A DNA stretch of 64,000 nucleotides from Nitrospirota bacterium (GCA_963790025.1 CAWBMP010000005.1:128001-192000), one strand, 5' to 3'; numbered from the stretch's first letter, positions 30,369 to 41,379 are shown. Notes: generated from the sequence alone by a model not told the origin. Translations and numbers: made by a program.

Positions 30369-31376
30369 ATGGAACGTATCCTTCTCGGCCACGGAAGCGG
30401 CGGAAAACTCATGCATAGTCTGATCAGGGAATATTTCGAACCCGTATTTAATCTTGGTACGCTGGGTGACGCGGCGGTAATCGAATACGGCAGCCGGGGG
30501 CAAAAGTTTGCTTTTACAACAGATTCCTATGTCGTATCACCGCTGTTCTTCCCGGGCGGCAACATAGGCGAACTTGCAATCAACGGGACGGTAAATGATC
30601 TATCCATGGTGGGCTCAAAGCCCCTCTACATCACCACAGGCTTTATTATAGAGGAAGGGTTTGCTGTCAATGATTTGAAGCGTATCATCGGATCAATGGC
30701 AGCGGCAGCTCAAAAGGCCGGCGTCCGTATTGTTGCCGGCGATACAAAGGTTGTAGATAAGGGCAAGGGTGACGGACTGTTTATCAACACATCAGGTATC
30801 GGCATGGTCCCTGATGGCAGGGAACTCGGCCCACACAAGATCATGGAGGGAGATAAGGTAATTATCAGCGGCCTTATAGGAAGCCATGGAGTAGCAGTTA
30901 TGGCTGAGCGTAACGGGCTTGCATTTGATCCGCCTGTGATAAGCGATACGGCAGCCCTGAACGGCCTTGTTGAGGCGATGTTCGGTGCATCAGCCGGTTT
31001 GCGGATGATGAGAGACCCCACAAGGGGCGGTGTTGCAACAACGCTGAAGGAAATCGCCCTGGAATCGGGGAATTGCATATCCATAAACGAACAGTCCCTG
31101 CCTGTGCCCGAGGGAGTCAGAGGGGCCTGTGAATTGCTTGGCCTCGATCCTCTCTTTGTGGCAAATGAAGGAATACTTATTGCCATAGCTCCGGCTGACG
31201 ATGCAGGGAGGCTGATTGCAATAATGAAAGAGCACCCGCTCGGCGTGCGCGCTGCTGTAATCGGCGAAGTCTGCGGGGAAAAGCGCGATCGTGGGATGGT
31301 ACTCCTTAAAACGGCCATCGGGGGTACACGTATCATAGATATGCTTACCGGGGAGCAACTGCCGAGAATATGCTAG
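30369..31376 (+). CDS. hypE: Hydrogenase maturation protein HypE
   Basis: HGSGG, TTDSYVV, GDTKVV, RDPTRGG, C-terminal LPRIC. Confidence 0.95.
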   Translation: MERILLGHGSGGKLMHSLIREYFEPVFNLGTLGDAAVIEYGSRGQKFAFTTDSYVVSPLFFPGGNIGELAINGTVNDLSMVGSKPLYITTGFIIEEGFAVNDLKRIIGSMAAAAQKAGVRIVAGDTKVVDKGKGDGLFINTSGIGMVPDGRELGPHKIMEGDKVIISGLIGSHGVAVMAERNGLAFDPPVISDTAALNGLVEAMFGASAGLRMMRDPTRGGVATTLKEIALESGNCISINEQSLPVPEGVRGACELLGLDPLFVANEGILIAIAPADDAGRLIAIMKEHPLGVRAAVIGEVCGEKRDRGMVLLKTAIGGTRIIDMLTGEQLPRIC

Positions 31377-31393
31377 AATACACAGATAACATC

Positions 31394-31566
31394 AGGTAAA
31401 GGTATAGGTATAGGTGAAGACAAGAGAATCAGGTAAAGGGAAAGACACAGGTACAGGCAGAGGTACAGGTATGGAGATAGGTAATGACTAATATAAAAAA
31501 GAAAGTTTTCTTTGTTTTGGCTTTACCTATGCCTATACCTGTGTCTTTATTTTCCCTCTGCCTTGT
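31394..31566. repeat. Hexamer-period degenerate repeats (AGGTAT-like) with a complementary right arm
   Basis: aggtaa aggtat aggtat aggtga...aggtac aggcag aggtac aggtat ... ttacct atgcct atacct gtgtct. Confidence 0.75.
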
Positions 31567-31584
31567 TTAATTGGAGGTGTGGTT

Positions 31585-32532
31585 ATGATTAAAAAGGGTT
31601 TCGTTGCCTCATGGCTTATTGTGGCTGCCTTTGCGTCAGTTTCGCAAAGCGCAATATTGCTTGACAAGGTGATTGCTATTGTAAACAAAGAGGTCATAAC
31701 CTGGAGCGATGTATACCGGGAAATGGAGTTTAACTCCAGCGATGAGATAAAGGCAATGAAGGACACGGAAAGGCGGCGTTATTTTAAAGAGCATGAAACG
31801 AGTTTTCTGGAGAACCTGATCGATATGAAGCTGAAGTTGCAAGAGGCTGAAAGGATCGGAATAACCGCTACTGACAATGATGTTGAATCCGCTGTCAAGA
31901 ACATAAAAAGTAAATACTCCATGACCGACGAGACGTTGATCGAAACAATCAAGAAAGACGGGTTTACTCTCCCGACTTATAAGAAGAAGATAGCAGAGCA
32001 GATAATCCTGAATCGCGTGATCGACAGGGAAGTCAGGCAAAATATTCTTGTTACCGAACGTGAGATAGACGCCTATCTTGCCGAGCATAAAGACGCTGTA
32101 AAAGACAGCGAGGGGTTTGATATGAGCCAGATTGTGCTCAAGAAAACCGGTGATGACAAGCAACTGGAGCAAAAGGCCAAGGACATCTATAATAGGCTTA
32201 AAGCCGGCGATAGCTTTGCAGATATTGCACGGCAATATTCGGATGACCCAACTGCGCGGAATGGCGGAGAAGTCGGTTTCGTGCGGCAATGTGATATGTC
32301 AAAGGAATTTTTGGATATCTGTTCCGGCATTAAGGCCGGCGAAATAAGCGGGCCGATATGGAGAAGCGATGGTATATATATCATCAGGGTAAATGAAGCA
32401 AAGGTATTCAAGACCACACAAGAAATACGGGAGGCGATACGGCAGAAGCTGCTCAATGAAAAATTCGATGCCGACTTGAAAAGCTGGTCAAGAGGATTGC
32501 GCGAAAGATCGTACGTCGAATTAAAGATATAA
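31585..32532 (+). CDS. SurA-like peptidyl-prolyl isomerase/chaperone
   Basis: Signal peptide, DKVIAIVNKEVIT, parvulin motif FADIARQYSDDPTARNGGEVG. Confidence 0.88.
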   Translation: MIKKGFVASWLIVAAFASVSQSAILLDKVIAIVNKEVITWSDVYREMEFNSSDEIKAMKDTERRRYFKEHETSFLENLIDMKLKLQEAERIGITATDNDVESAVKNIKSKYSMTDETLIETIKKDGFTLPTYKKKIAEQIILNRVIDREVRQNILVTEREIDAYLAEHKDAVKDSEGFDMSQIVLKKTGDDKQLEQKAKDIYNRLKAGDSFADIARQYSDDPTARNGGEVGFVRQCDMSKEFLDICSGIKAGEISGPIWRSDGIYIIRVNEAKVFKTTQEIREAIRQKLLNEKFDADLKSWSRGLRERSYVELKI

Positions 32533-32603
32533 AAGGAAGGCAAAGGTAAAGGTATAGGTAGAGAGTAAGGCGTAAGTAAAGAAAAATCTTTACCTTTAGC
32601 TGT
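32533..32603. repeat. Hexamer-period repeat hairpin (AGGTAA-like)
   Basis: aggcaa aggtaa aggtat aggtag ... ctttacctttagct. Confidence 0.6.
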
Positions 32604-32611
32604 ATTTTATT

Positions 32612-33385
32612 TTGGAACAGAGAATTCAGAAGATACTGGCGCAAATGGGCATAGCCTCACGACGAAAGGCTGAGGAGCTTATTGCTGAAGGCAGGGTTAC
32701 TGTCAACGGCAGGACGGCTGAAATAGGCATGAAGGCTGATTCTGTCAAGGACCACATCAAAGTCGATGGAAAACTCCTGACGCGGACTGAGCCGAAGGTA
32801 TATCTGATTTTTAACAAACCCAAAGGTGTGGTGACGTCTCTTTTTGATCCCGAAGGCAGGCCTACGATAAAGGATTACCTGCAGCGCGTCAAATACCGCG
32901 TGTTCCCTGTCGGGAGGCTGGATTATGATTCGGAAGGGCTGCTGCTTATAACTAATGACGGTGATTTTGCCCAGTCACTCCTGCATCCTTCTCATGAAGT
33001 ACCCAAGACGTATCTTGTGAAGATCAAGGGGCTGATCGAAGAGGAGCGCCTGGAAAAGCTCCGGCGTGGTGTGCGTCTCGAGGATGGGATGACGGCCCCT
33101 GCCAGGGTGAGAAGGATCAAGATGGGGAGGGCCTCGGAAAATAACCAGTGGCTCGAAATGACCATCCATGAGGGCAAAAAGCGGCAGGTGCGCAGGATGC
33201 TGGAGAAGGTCGGACATGACGTTGTAAAGCTCAAGAGAACAAGCATTAACGGTCTGAAACTGAGGGACCTGAAGCCGGGAGCATTCAGGCCGCTTGCACC
33301 GGAAGAATTGGTTATGATACAGAATGAAAGCAGCGGCCCGGCAGGAAAAGATAAAGTGAGCAGGAGGTTGCATGTTGAGAAATAA
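32612..33385 (+). CDS. rluB: 23S rRNA pseudouridine synthase (RluB/RsuA family)
   Basis: S4 domain [36 protein letters not shown]. Confidence 0.88.
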   Translation: MEQRIQKILAQMGIASRRKAEELIAEGRVTVNGRTAEIGMKADSVKDHIKVDGKLLTRTEPKVYLIFNKPKGVVTSLFDPEGRPTIKDYLQRVKYRVFPVGRLDYDSEGLLLITNDGDFAQSLLHPSHEVPKTYLVKIKGLIEEERLEKLRRGVRLEDGMTAPARVRRIKMGRASENNQWLEMTIHEGKKRQVRRMLEKVGHDVVKLKRTSINGLKLRDLKPGAFRPLAPEELVMIQNESSGPAGKDKVSRRLHVEK

Positions 33386-35144
33386 ATGGTGCACCGCACT
33401 GAGTGCATCCGATATCGGTTCGCGCTGCACACTCGCCGGATGGGTCTTCAGGAGAAGGGACCACGGTGGCCTGATATTTGTCGATTTGCGTGACAGGAGC
33501 GGTATCGTTCAAGTTGTGTTCAGTCCTGATGTTTCCGGTGAGGTCCACTCACGTGCTCACGACCTCAGGGCTGAATTCGTCATATCGGTGACAGGCGAGG
33601 TGCGGAAAAGACCGGAAGGCACCGAAAATCCCGGTTTGCGCACAGGCATGATCGAACTGTATGCCGATGCCATCAAGGTGTTGAATGAAGCTGAAACTCT
33701 CCCGTTTCCAATGGAAGAAGCAGCTGAAGCATCAGAGTCATTGAGGCTGAAATACCGGTATCTCGACCTGAGGAGACCCGAACTGCAGCACAACCTTGTT
33801 GTGAGACACAAAACAGCAAAGGTCATAAGGGACTATCTGGATGAGCAGGGCTTTCTCGAGATAGAAACCCCGATGCTTACTAAATCCACACCCGAAGGAG
33901 CGCGGGACTATCTTGTGCCCAGCAGGCTCAACCAGGGACAGTTCTATGCATTGCCGCAATCGCCGCAGCTTTTCAAGCAGATACTCATGGTGTCGGGGCT
34001 CGAAAAATACTTCCAGATCGTCAAATGTTTCAGGGACGAGGACCTGAGGGCGGACCGGCAACCCGAATTTACGCAGGTTGATATAGAGATGTCCTTTATC
34101 GACATAGAGGACATTTTAACGCTTACTGAGGGCCTGCTTAAAACGCTGTTTCAGGAAGTGCTGCACAAAGACATTCGTTTGCCGTTTCAGCGCCTGAGTT
34201 TCACGGAATCGATGGAACGGTTTGGAAACGACAAGCCGGATCTGCGGTTCGGAATGGAACTCAGGGACATGGCAGACCTTGTCTCAAAAGGATCATTCAA
34301 AGTCTTTCTTGATGCCTTGGCGTCAAAAGGACGGGTCAAGGCAATTAACGGCAAGGGAATGGCTGGCATGACCCGGAAAGAAATCGACATGCTTACGGAA
34401 GAGGCCCAGTCTTTCGGCGCAAAGGGGCTTGCCTGGATAAAGGTCAAGAACGGCTTTGATTCTCCCATCGCTAAATTCTTTCCCGAAGAGGTGCTGCGCG
34501 GCATGGCCGAGAGGCTCGATGCAGCCGAAGGTGACCTAATGCTTTTTGTAGCCGATAAAGAAAAGGTCGTCCACGATGTGCTCAGCCGGATGAGGCTTGA
34601 GTTGGGGAAGCGTCTCGGCCTGATAAGAGAAGAATTCAACTTTGTATGGATAATTGATTTTCCCCTGCTGGAATGGGACGAAGACGAAAAACGTTTTGTC
34701 GCCATTCATCACCCCTTCACTTCGCCGGTGGACGATGATATCACGAAGCTCATTTCGACCGGTGGCAGTGGTCCTGAACTGCCTGCATCACTCAGGGCAA
34801 AGGCATATGATATTGTGCTGAACGGTTACGAGATCGGCGGCGGAAGCATCCGTATCCACAAGCGTGACGTGCAGAAAAAAATGTTTGAACTTCTCGGAAT
34901 TTCCAATGAAGAAGCACGGATGAAATTCGGCTTTCTCCTCGATGCCCTTGACTACGGGGCCCCTCCCCACGGCGGGATCGCGCTGGGGCTGGACAGACTG
35001 GTAATGCTGATGGTCGGAGCGTCTTCGATACGTGATGTAATAGCATTTCCTAAAACCCAGAAAGCTGTATGCCCCATGAGTGGCGCTCCTTCAACGGTCG
35101 AGAAAAAGCAGCTGAAGGAACTGTTTATAAAAGTGGACCTATAA
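33372..35144 (+). CDS. aspS: Aspartate--tRNA ligase, likely non-discriminating
   Basis: [42 protein letters not shown]. Confidence 0.96.
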   Translation: MLRNKWCTALSASDIGSRCTLAGWVFRRRDHGGLIFVDLRDRSGIVQVVFSPDVSGEVHSRAHDLRAEFVISVTGEVRKRPEGTENPGLRTGMIELYADAIKVLNEAETLPFPMEEAAEASESLRLKYRYLDLRRPELQHNLVVRHKTAKVIRDYLDEQGFLEIETPMLTKSTPEGARDYLVPSRLNQGQFYALPQSPQLFKQILMVSGLEKYFQIVKCFRDEDLRADRQPEFTQVDIEMSFIDIEDILTLTEGLLKTLFQEVLHKDIRLPFQRLSFTESMERFGNDKPDLRFGMELRDMADLVSKGSFKVFLDALASKGRVKAINGKGMAGMTRKEIDMLTEEAQSFGAKGLAWIKVKNGFDSPIAKFFPEEVLRGMAERLDAAEGDLMLFVADKEKVVHDVLSRMRLELGKRLGLIREEFNFVWIIDFPLLEWDEDEKRFVAIHHPFTSPVDDDITKLISTGGSGPELPASLRAKAYDIVLNGYEIGGGSIRIHKRDVQKKMFELLGISNEEARMKFGFLLDALDYGAPPHGGIALGLDRLVMLMVGASSIRDVIAFPKTQKAVCPMSGAPSTVEKKQLKELFIKVDL

Positions 35145-35152
35145 GAGCCAGG

Positions 35153-35959
35153 CTAAAAAGAAGTAGGCAGTAAGCTCTTTTGTGCGTTACCTAACGCCGG
35201 ACTGAACGCGGGTATTTGACAGTCGTAGACAACTTTGTTGCGCCCCGATCTCTTGGCGGAATAGAGGGCGTCGTCGGCGCGCTCGATGGTGTCCATCGGG
35301 CTGTTATCAAGATCGGAAACCGTGGCAATGCCTATACTTATGGACAAACTTATTTCGAAGTTATTATAGGGAACCTTTTGCTCGGCGATACTGCAGCGTA
35401 GGCGGTCGAGCGGAAGTGCGGCCCGGCTGCTGCTCGTATCAGGGAGGAGGACCAGGAACTCCTCGCCGCCGTATCTTATAAGAATATCGCATTCCCGAAG
35501 CCCCGCCTTGAGTGTGGATGCAAGGTAAGTCAAAACTTTGTCGCCCGCCAGATGCCCATACGTGTCATTAATAGCTTTGAAGTGGTCGGCATCGACCATG
35601 GCAACTGAGAGAGTAGTACTACTTCTCTTTGCCCTGGCGAATTCCTCATTCAGGCGGATGAGGCCGGCACGGCGGTTGTAAACCTTAGTGAGTTCGTCAT
35701 AAAGATAATCATTTTGCAATGAGGCATAAGACGCGGTCAGGGTCGATTCTGTTTTCCGCACGAAATAGCCGTTTACGAACAATAGGTTAGCTGAACAGAG
35801 CATGAGCCCCCCCGATGCGGTCAATATTGCCACCTTCGATATTGCAAAGCCAAGGCATATCAGGACAACCGGGACGATAACGGCGAGAACAAGCATATTC
35901 AGGAGTATCATCCGGTTCAAGTATTTGGCAAGGTCATTTATTACCGATTTGAATCCCAT
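35153..35959 (-). CDS. Membrane-anchored diguanylate cyclase
   Basis: Two N-terminal TM helices, DADHFKAINDTYGH, RECD I-site, RYGGEEF. Confidence 0.92.
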   Translation of the reverse strand: MGFKSVINDLAKYLNRMILLNMLVLAVIVPVVLICLGFAISKVAILTASGGLMLCSANLLFVNGYFVRKTESTLTASYASLQNDYLYDELTKVYNRRAGLIRLNEEFARAKRSSTTLSVAMVDADHFKAINDTYGHLAGDKVLTYLASTLKAGLRECDILIRYGGEEFLVLLPDTSSSRAALPLDRLRCSIAEQKVPYNNFEISLSISIGIATVSDLDNSPMDTIERADDALYSAKRSGRNKVVYDCQIPAFSPALGNAQKSLLPTSF

Positions 35960-36007
35960 ATGCGACTTATTCTCCTATCAGGTTATCGCAGCTTTATAAT
36001 TAATTTA

Positions 36008-36023
36008 TGCAAAAATTATGCCT
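36008..36023 (-). promoter_or_regulatory. sigma54 promoter for the diguanylate cyclase
   Basis: Minus strand AGGCATAATTTTTGCA (GG-N10-GC), about 50 bp upstream of the start. Confidence 0.65.
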
Positions 36024-36167
36024 AATTTTAAAAACATTCAAAAGCAAAGACGTATTTAACTGATTGGGCCATTGCTAGAGCAATTAGGCCTTAAAGCTCG
36101 ACATTTTTTTCCGCCCTGGCAAATATTTCCTATCAAGTCAGGGTCTACTCTAAAGTTTCTTTTTTAA

Positions 36168-36209
36168 AATCCGATAAATATGTCAAATTAATGACATAAT
36201 TATCGGATT
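36168..36209. promoter_or_regulatory. Long palindrome, candidate enhancer (bEBP site)
   Basis: AATCCGATAAATATGTCA-AATTAA-TGACATAATTATCGGATT; the arms are 17/18 complementary. Confidence 0.65.
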
Positions 36210-36292
36210 GCATAACGGTCCAGTGGCCCGAAAAATACGAATATCACATCACAAAGAGGCCATATTGCCTTGCGGGACACAAAAGGCAAATC

Positions 36293-36308
36293 CGGCACGA
36301 CATTTGCT
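36293..36308 (+). promoter_or_regulatory. sigma54 promoter for pilMNOPQ
   Basis: CGGCACGACATTTGCT (GG-N10-GC). Confidence 0.7.
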
Positions 36309-36399
36309 AGTAATATGTAAGGTTAAATATGCCAATAGCAAATAGCGGCATTTACTATAGAATTGTATAATAGAGAAAAAAATAAAACCGTCAGGATGA

Positions 36400-37461
36400 T
36401 TGATGTTCTTTAAAAAGAAACAACCAATAGGACTTGATATCGGTTCGGGCTATATAAAGGCAGTCCAACTCAGTGACACCAAAGAAGGGTATGAGCTCTC
36501 TTTTATGGGCATAATGCCGCTGGCCCATGAAATTATTATCGAAGGGACTATTGCCGATAAAAAGAGACTGAAAGCTGCCATAAAGGATCTTTTGAAAGGT
36601 GGTAGCGCCCGAGGCGGCAGTGCAATTATAGGCGTATCGGGACATTCGTCGGTTATCGTAAAGAAAATAGTGATACCATTGATGACCGCGGACGAATTTG
36701 CCATCTCTATAAAATATGAGGCGGAGCAATACATACCTTTTGATATTAACGATGTGAATATCGATTTTACGATTCTTGGTCCCAGACGGGATGAGGAGGG
36801 CCAGATGGATGTGCTCCTTGTTGCGGCCAAGAAGTCCGTAATCGCTGATTATCAAGAGGTGGTTGAGGGCGCCGGACTCGATCCCTTAATTCTGGATGTC
36901 GATGCTTTTGCCTTGAGCAATATGTATGAGCTGAATTACCAGGGTCTGGACAACAAGAATTTGGCGCTCGTCAATGTCGGGGCCAGCAAAACGAATATTA
37001 ATGTGTTGCTCGGGGGCCAGCCGGTTTTCACAAGAGACAGTGCTATGGGCAGCAACCTGCATAACGAGATGTTGCAGAGGATGCTCGATATCTCCCATGC
37101 GGATGCGGAGACGCTGAAGTTGGGAAGACCCGTCGCCGGCGTGTCGCCTGAACAGGCACAGTCTGCTCTTTTAAATGCTTCGGCTGAAATTTGCGCTGAA
37201 ATCGATCGGTCTTTTGAGTATTTCAGGAGCACCGCAGCCGAAGAAGAAGTGAGAGAAGTGGTCCTGAGCGGCGGTGCGGCCCTTATAAAGGGTTTCCCTG
37301 AAATGATGGCCGAGAAACTCGGTATGCGGGTGGAAGTGGCCGATCCCTTTAAGAAAATAATAATACCTGATAAGCTCAATCCCTCTTATATCAGGAAGAT
37401 TGCGCCCATTGCCGCTGTGTCGGTGGGGCTTGCGCTGAGGCGTGCCGGGGATGCTGGATGA
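36400..37461 (+). CDS. pilM: Type IV pilus assembly protein PilM
   Basis: GLDIGS, EAEQYIPF, VLLVAAKK, LSGGAA. Confidence 0.94.
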   Translation: MMFFKKKQPIGLDIGSGYIKAVQLSDTKEGYELSFMGIMPLAHEIIIEGTIADKKRLKAAIKDLLKGGSARGGSAIIGVSGHSSVIVKKIVIPLMTADEFAISIKYEAEQYIPFDINDVNIDFTILGPRRDEEGQMDVLLVAAKKSVIADYQEVVEGAGLDPLILDVDAFALSNMYELNYQGLDNKNLALVNVGASKTNINVLLGGQPVFTRDSAMGSNLHNEMLQRMLDISHADAETLKLGRPVAGVSPEQAQSALLNASAEICAEIDRSFEYFRSTAAEEEVREVVLSGGAALIKGFPEMMAEKLGMRVEVADPFKKIIIPDKLNPSYIRKIAPIAAVSVGLALRRAGDAG

Positions 37462-37997
37462 TAAGAATTAATCTTTTAACGGAAAAAGGAAAAAGAAAAT
37501 TTAAAGGACCGGAAAACCTGGTCCGCGCCCTTGTCATAGTTAACCTGTCCGCATGGCTTATTGCCGGTGCGGTGATCGTGTGGCTGCATTTCAGGGTGGC
37601 ACAACTCGGTGACGAAACCTCGGCCAATAAAAAAGTCGTGGATACTCTTACAAAAAGGATCAACGAAACGAAAAAGTTTGAAAAACTGAATAAGGAACTC
37701 GGGGAGCAGAGCGAGCTGATAGAAACACTGCGTAAAAATCAATCGGTCCCTGTCAGGGTCCTCGATGAAGTGAGCATGCTTATTCCGGAAGGGGTGTGGC
37801 TCAATTCTCTTTTTTTTAAGGACGACGGCATCAACCTTGAAGGAAATGGGTTCTCAAATATTGATATCGTTGTCTTTATAGATAATTTGAAAAAGTCGCC
37901 GGACCTTTTGGATGTGTATCTGGATGAATCGAGGGAAGCAGAGATCGAGAAGGTCAAGGTATACAAGTTCAAGGCCCATTTCAAGGTGAAGGTATAG
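37458..37997 (+). CDS. pilN: Type IV pilus assembly protein PilN
   Basis: MIRINLL, TM helix, IPEGVWL. Confidence 0.92.
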   Translation: MIRINLLTEKGKRKFKGPENLVRALVIVNLSAWLIAGAVIVWLHFRVAQLGDETSANKKVVDTLTKRINETKKFEKLNKELGEQSELIETLRKNQSVPVRVLDEVSMLIPEGVWLNSLFFKDDGINLEGNGFSNIDIVVFIDNLKKSPDLLDVYLDESREAEIEKVKVYKFKAHFKVKV

Positions 37998-38005
37998 GGT
38001 TGGGC

Positions 38006-38647
38006 ATGGATATTAAAGCAGGCATAGACCAGATACATTCAAAGCTCGAAGCGGTTTCGCCGTCCCGGAAGAATATGCTGCTCATTATTCCTCCGTTACT
38101 GGTCATACTGCTGGCCGGTTATTTTTTTGGCATGCCTGCCTTTCACGAGAAGCGCATAATGGAAGAAGAGATCAGCAAACAGATGAGTGAAATCGGGACT
38201 CTCCAGAAGAAGTCGGCCAGACTTCCAGTACTGCAGGCTGAGAATCGGCGTCTTGAAGACAAACTGAAAGAATTGCAGTTTCAACTCCCCGTAGAGAAGG
38301 AGGTTTCAGGACTTTTGAGGCAGGTATCAGAACTTGGCGTGAAGTCGGGATTGCAGGTGGTCTCCTGGAAGCCGCGGGACAAGACCGTTCATGCCGGCAA
38401 CGAAGTCTATGATATTCCCGTTGACGTGGAAATGCGCGGGACGTATCATATGTTCAGGCAGTTTTTCAGCAACATAACAGGGCTTAACAGGATCGTCAAT
38501 ATAACCAATATCACAATGAAATTCGGGGACCAGAAGATGATCCCGCGAGGCGTCGCCGGGCTTAATGTGGGCTTTGTTGCAATAACGTATTCTTTAATAC
38601 CCGAAAGGGAAAAGAAGGAGTTACTGAAAAAGGGCCAAAAGAAATGA
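38006..38647 (+). CDS. pilO: Type IV pilus assembly protein PilO
   Basis: TM helix, coiled coil, QLPVEKEV, GTYH...LNRIVNI. Confidence 0.92.
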   Translation: MDIKAGIDQIHSKLEAVSPSRKNMLLIIPPLLVILLAGYFFGMPAFHEKRIMEEEISKQMSEIGTLQKKSARLPVLQAENRRLEDKLKELQFQLPVEKEVSGLLRQVSELGVKSGLQVVSWKPRDKTVHAGNEVYDIPVDVEMRGTYHMFRQFFSNITGLNRIVNITNITMKFGDQKMIPRGVAGLNVGFVAITYSLIPEREKKELLKKGQKK

Positions 38648-39240
38648 AGAAACGGCTTCCATTAATACTTGCCGTCTCGGGTATATTGATTATTATTGCC
38701 GTCGCAGCTGTTGTGTATGAACTGCATTTTGGAGCACAGGCGGTTAAGGAGGCCGGAACTCCGCTACTGGGTCCGGTTGTTTCTCAGAGCAGGTCTTCGC
38801 CCCGGCCACAGAATACGCCGGGGCTGGAGAAGACGGGCCAGGCTATTCCTACGGGCACCCTGCAGGGGGTCAATGAAAAAACGGTCCCGTTTACTGCATA
38901 TGGCTATAATGCAAAAGACAGGAGGGACCCGTTTGCTACATTGATTCAGAAACCGGAAGGCGAGAGAAAGAAGGGGTCTGACCAGCTTCAGAATTATGAC
39001 GTTGCGGAATTGAAATTGACGGGAATTTTATGGAGCAATTCGGAATTTTATGCGGTGGTTTTAGCACCCGATGGTAAGAGTTATATCGTCGGTCAGGGAA
39101 GAAAGATCGGATTACATGGCGGAAACGTATATAAAATCACGAAGGACTCTGTTATCGTAAGAGAGTTGTTGAAGGATTACAGAGGAACCATTAAACCAAA
39201 AGATACTGATTTAAAGCTCCGCAGGGAGGAAGAGGCATGA
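38644..39240 (+). CDS. pilP: Type IV pilus assembly protein PilP
   Basis: RRDPF, LKLTGI, APDGKSY, IGLHGG; N-terminal TM anchor without a lipobox cysteine. Confidence 0.88.
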   Translation: MKKRLPLILAVSGILIIIAVAAVVYELHFGAQAVKEAGTPLLGPVVSQSRSSPRPQNTPGLEKTGQAIPTGTLQGVNEKTVPFTAYGYNAKDRRDPFATLIQKPEGERKKGSDQLQNYDVAELKLTGILWSNSEFYAVVLAPDGKSYIVGQGRKIGLHGGNVYKITKDSVIVRELLKDYRGTIKPKDTDLKLRREEEA

Positions 39241-41378
39241 AGATAAAGAACAGAAATCGTGCGGCTGCAGCGGGTTTTATTTTATCGCTTTCCATTGTGC
39301 TGGCGTCATTCTTGCCGTCTCCTGTATTAGGGAGCGCACTAAAACAGACTGAAATTATCGGCATTGAGATACTTGATAACGCCGTACAGATTAAAGCCGA
39401 TGCTCCGATAAAGTATAAGCTTTACAGGCCGGAGGACCCATTCAGGATTACGGTAGACATAGAAGACGCCCGTCTCGGAAAATTTCTGGACAGGATGTTT
39501 CCGGCCCGGGCCGGAATTACCGAAATTGAGCCCATTCAAATTTTGGAACCGGCTACCGTGGGGCGTTTTAACATACTGCTGCAGTCGCCCGCAACAATCA
39601 CGCCTGAAGTTAAGGACAATGTTCTTGTCCTCACAATAAAACCTGATGGAATGCTCACTGCAGGAACGGCCCCTGACAGTAAATCGCCTGATAACGGCAG
39701 GGCAGCCGGCCCCGTAGTCGGTCCGGCATACGGTAAAAGCGGCGACTCTGAAGAGACGGGTGCAGCTGCCGGGGAAATCGTTGAATTGCTCTTTAGTAAA
39801 ACTGACAATGGAGCGGCACTGGTCTTGAAAGGTGATGGCGAAATCCCGGACCCCAAGGTAATCGAACTCGGGAACAGGGTTATTATCGAAATCCCGGATA
39901 TTTTAATTAACGCCCCTCTGCCGCATAACATTGCCGCTCCGGTCAAAGCTATCAGTTATGACTACGGGAAAGACAATCTAAGGGTCATTATTGATATGAC
40001 GGACGGGGCGAAAGCTTCGGTGGAGGCGCTTGAAGACGAATTGGTTGTCGATATAGCCTCTAAAAGCATCGGTGACGGAAAGGGTGAAAAGTCGGGCACG
40101 GTTCAGCAGTCAGCTGCCCCAATGGTCTCTTTTGACGTTCAGGATGCCGATATTGTGACGATCATGCGGCTTTTAAGTGATGTGAGCGGATACAATATTG
40201 TTGTACATCCCGAGGTTAAGGGCAAGATCACTATGAAGCTTTTGAATGTGCCCTGGGACCAGGCGTTGGATCTGATCCTGAAGACCTTCCGCCTCGACAG
40301 GATTATCGAAGGTAATGTGATCAGGATTGCAACAATAAAGACATTTCAGGATGAGAAGAAGGCAGAGGCTGAAACGCAGGAACTGTTCGGTAAGACTGAA
40401 AGTGTAGAAACAAAGGTCTTTGAGGTGAACTATGCCAGTGTTGACAAAGTAAAGGATTCCATCGACAAGGCGAAGATACTTTCAGCCCGTGGTAATATCA
40501 GCACCGACATCAGGACACGCTCTATCATTGTGAATGACGTGTCCCATAGTCTCGAAGCAGTCCAGAAACTTATAGCGACTCTCGATAAGCCGACCCGGCA
40601 GGTACTTATAGAGGCAAGGATCGTCGATGTCTCAAAGAATTTCACTAATGAGCTCGGGGTCCAATGGAGCGGCTTCTGGAGTCCGACAGCAACAAAATCA
40701 GCTTTCGACTTGGTTGGTTCCAACCCTCCTACTGCAACTGCCGGATTGGATGGTACGCGAAATATTCTTCCCGGCTCCACTGCGGGCAGCCAGTATTTCC
40801 CTACACTCGTTAATCTCGGCACCAATGCTCCACCCTTCGGCGCTTTTACACTGGGATATCTGAACGCCAATCGGACGTTAGGGCTGGATCTGAGGCTGTC
40901 GGCGCTCGAATCCAACGGCAAGGGCAGGATCATTTCCAATCCCAAGATTATGACTGTGGACAATGAAAAGGCAGTGATCAAGCAGGGGCAAAGGATTCCC
41001 TATTCAACTGTTTCTCAATTCGGCACGCAGGTCCAGTTTATAGATGCCAGCCTTGATCTGATAGTTACACCCCAGGTCGGTCCGGACAAGGTCATCTTGC
41101 TGAATATTGAGGCCCACAATAATCAACCTAATTTCGCACAGCAGTCGCAGGGCCTTCCGACAATAAATACAAACGAGGCAACCACGCAGGTTCTGATAAA
41201 AAATGGAGAGACGGTCGTTATCGGCGGTGTTTTCAAACTGAATGAGACTGAAAGTGAAGACAGTGTCCCGGGCATTGCTAAAATACCCCTGCTGGGAAAT
41301 CTTTTCAAACATAATGCCAGTGCGTCGACTACTGAGGAACAGCTCATTTTCATTACGCCAAGAATCATAGAACAATGA
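39237..41378 (+). CDS. pilQ: Type IV pilus secretin PilQ
   Basis: AMIN-like N-terminus, VPWDQALD, QVLIEARIV, GETVVIGG, IPLLGNLFK, IFITPRII. Confidence 0.95.
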   Translation: MKIKNRNRAAAAGFILSLSIVLASFLPSPVLGSALKQTEIIGIEILDNAVQIKADAPIKYKLYRPEDPFRITVDIEDARLGKFLDRMFPARAGITEIEPIQILEPATVGRFNILLQSPATITPEVKDNVLVLTIKPDGMLTAGTAPDSKSPDNGRAAGPVVGPAYGKSGDSEETGAAAGEIVELLFSKTDNGAALVLKGDGEIPDPKVIELGNRVIIEIPDILINAPLPHNIAAPVKAISYDYGKDNLRVIIDMTDGAKASVEALEDELVVDIASKSIGDGKGEKSGTVQQSAAPMVSFDVQDADIVTIMRLLSDVSGYNIVVHPEVKGKITMKLLNVPWDQALDLILKTFRLDRIIEGNVIRIATIKTFQDEKKAEAETQELFGKTESVETKVFEVNYASVDKVKDSIDKAKILSARGNISTDIRTRSIIVNDVSHSLEAVQKLIATLDKPTRQVLIEARIVDVSKNFTNELGVQWSGFWSPTATKSAFDLVGSNPPTATAGLDGTRNILPGSTAGSQYFPTLVNLGTNAPPFGAFTLGYLNANRTLGLDLRLSALESNGKGRIISNPKIMTVDNEKAVIKQGQRIPYSTVSQFGTQVQFIDASLDLIVTPQVGPDKVILLNIEAHNNQPNFAQQSQGLPTINTNEATTQVLIKNGETVVIGGVFKLNETESEDSVPGIAKIPLLGNLFKHNASASTTEEQLIFITPRIIEQ

Positions 41379-41379
41379 A

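Noticed and set aside
31394..31566. Repeat tracts as a CRISPR array
   Set aside because: Units are 6-7 nt, degenerate and lack unique spacers; no cas genes.
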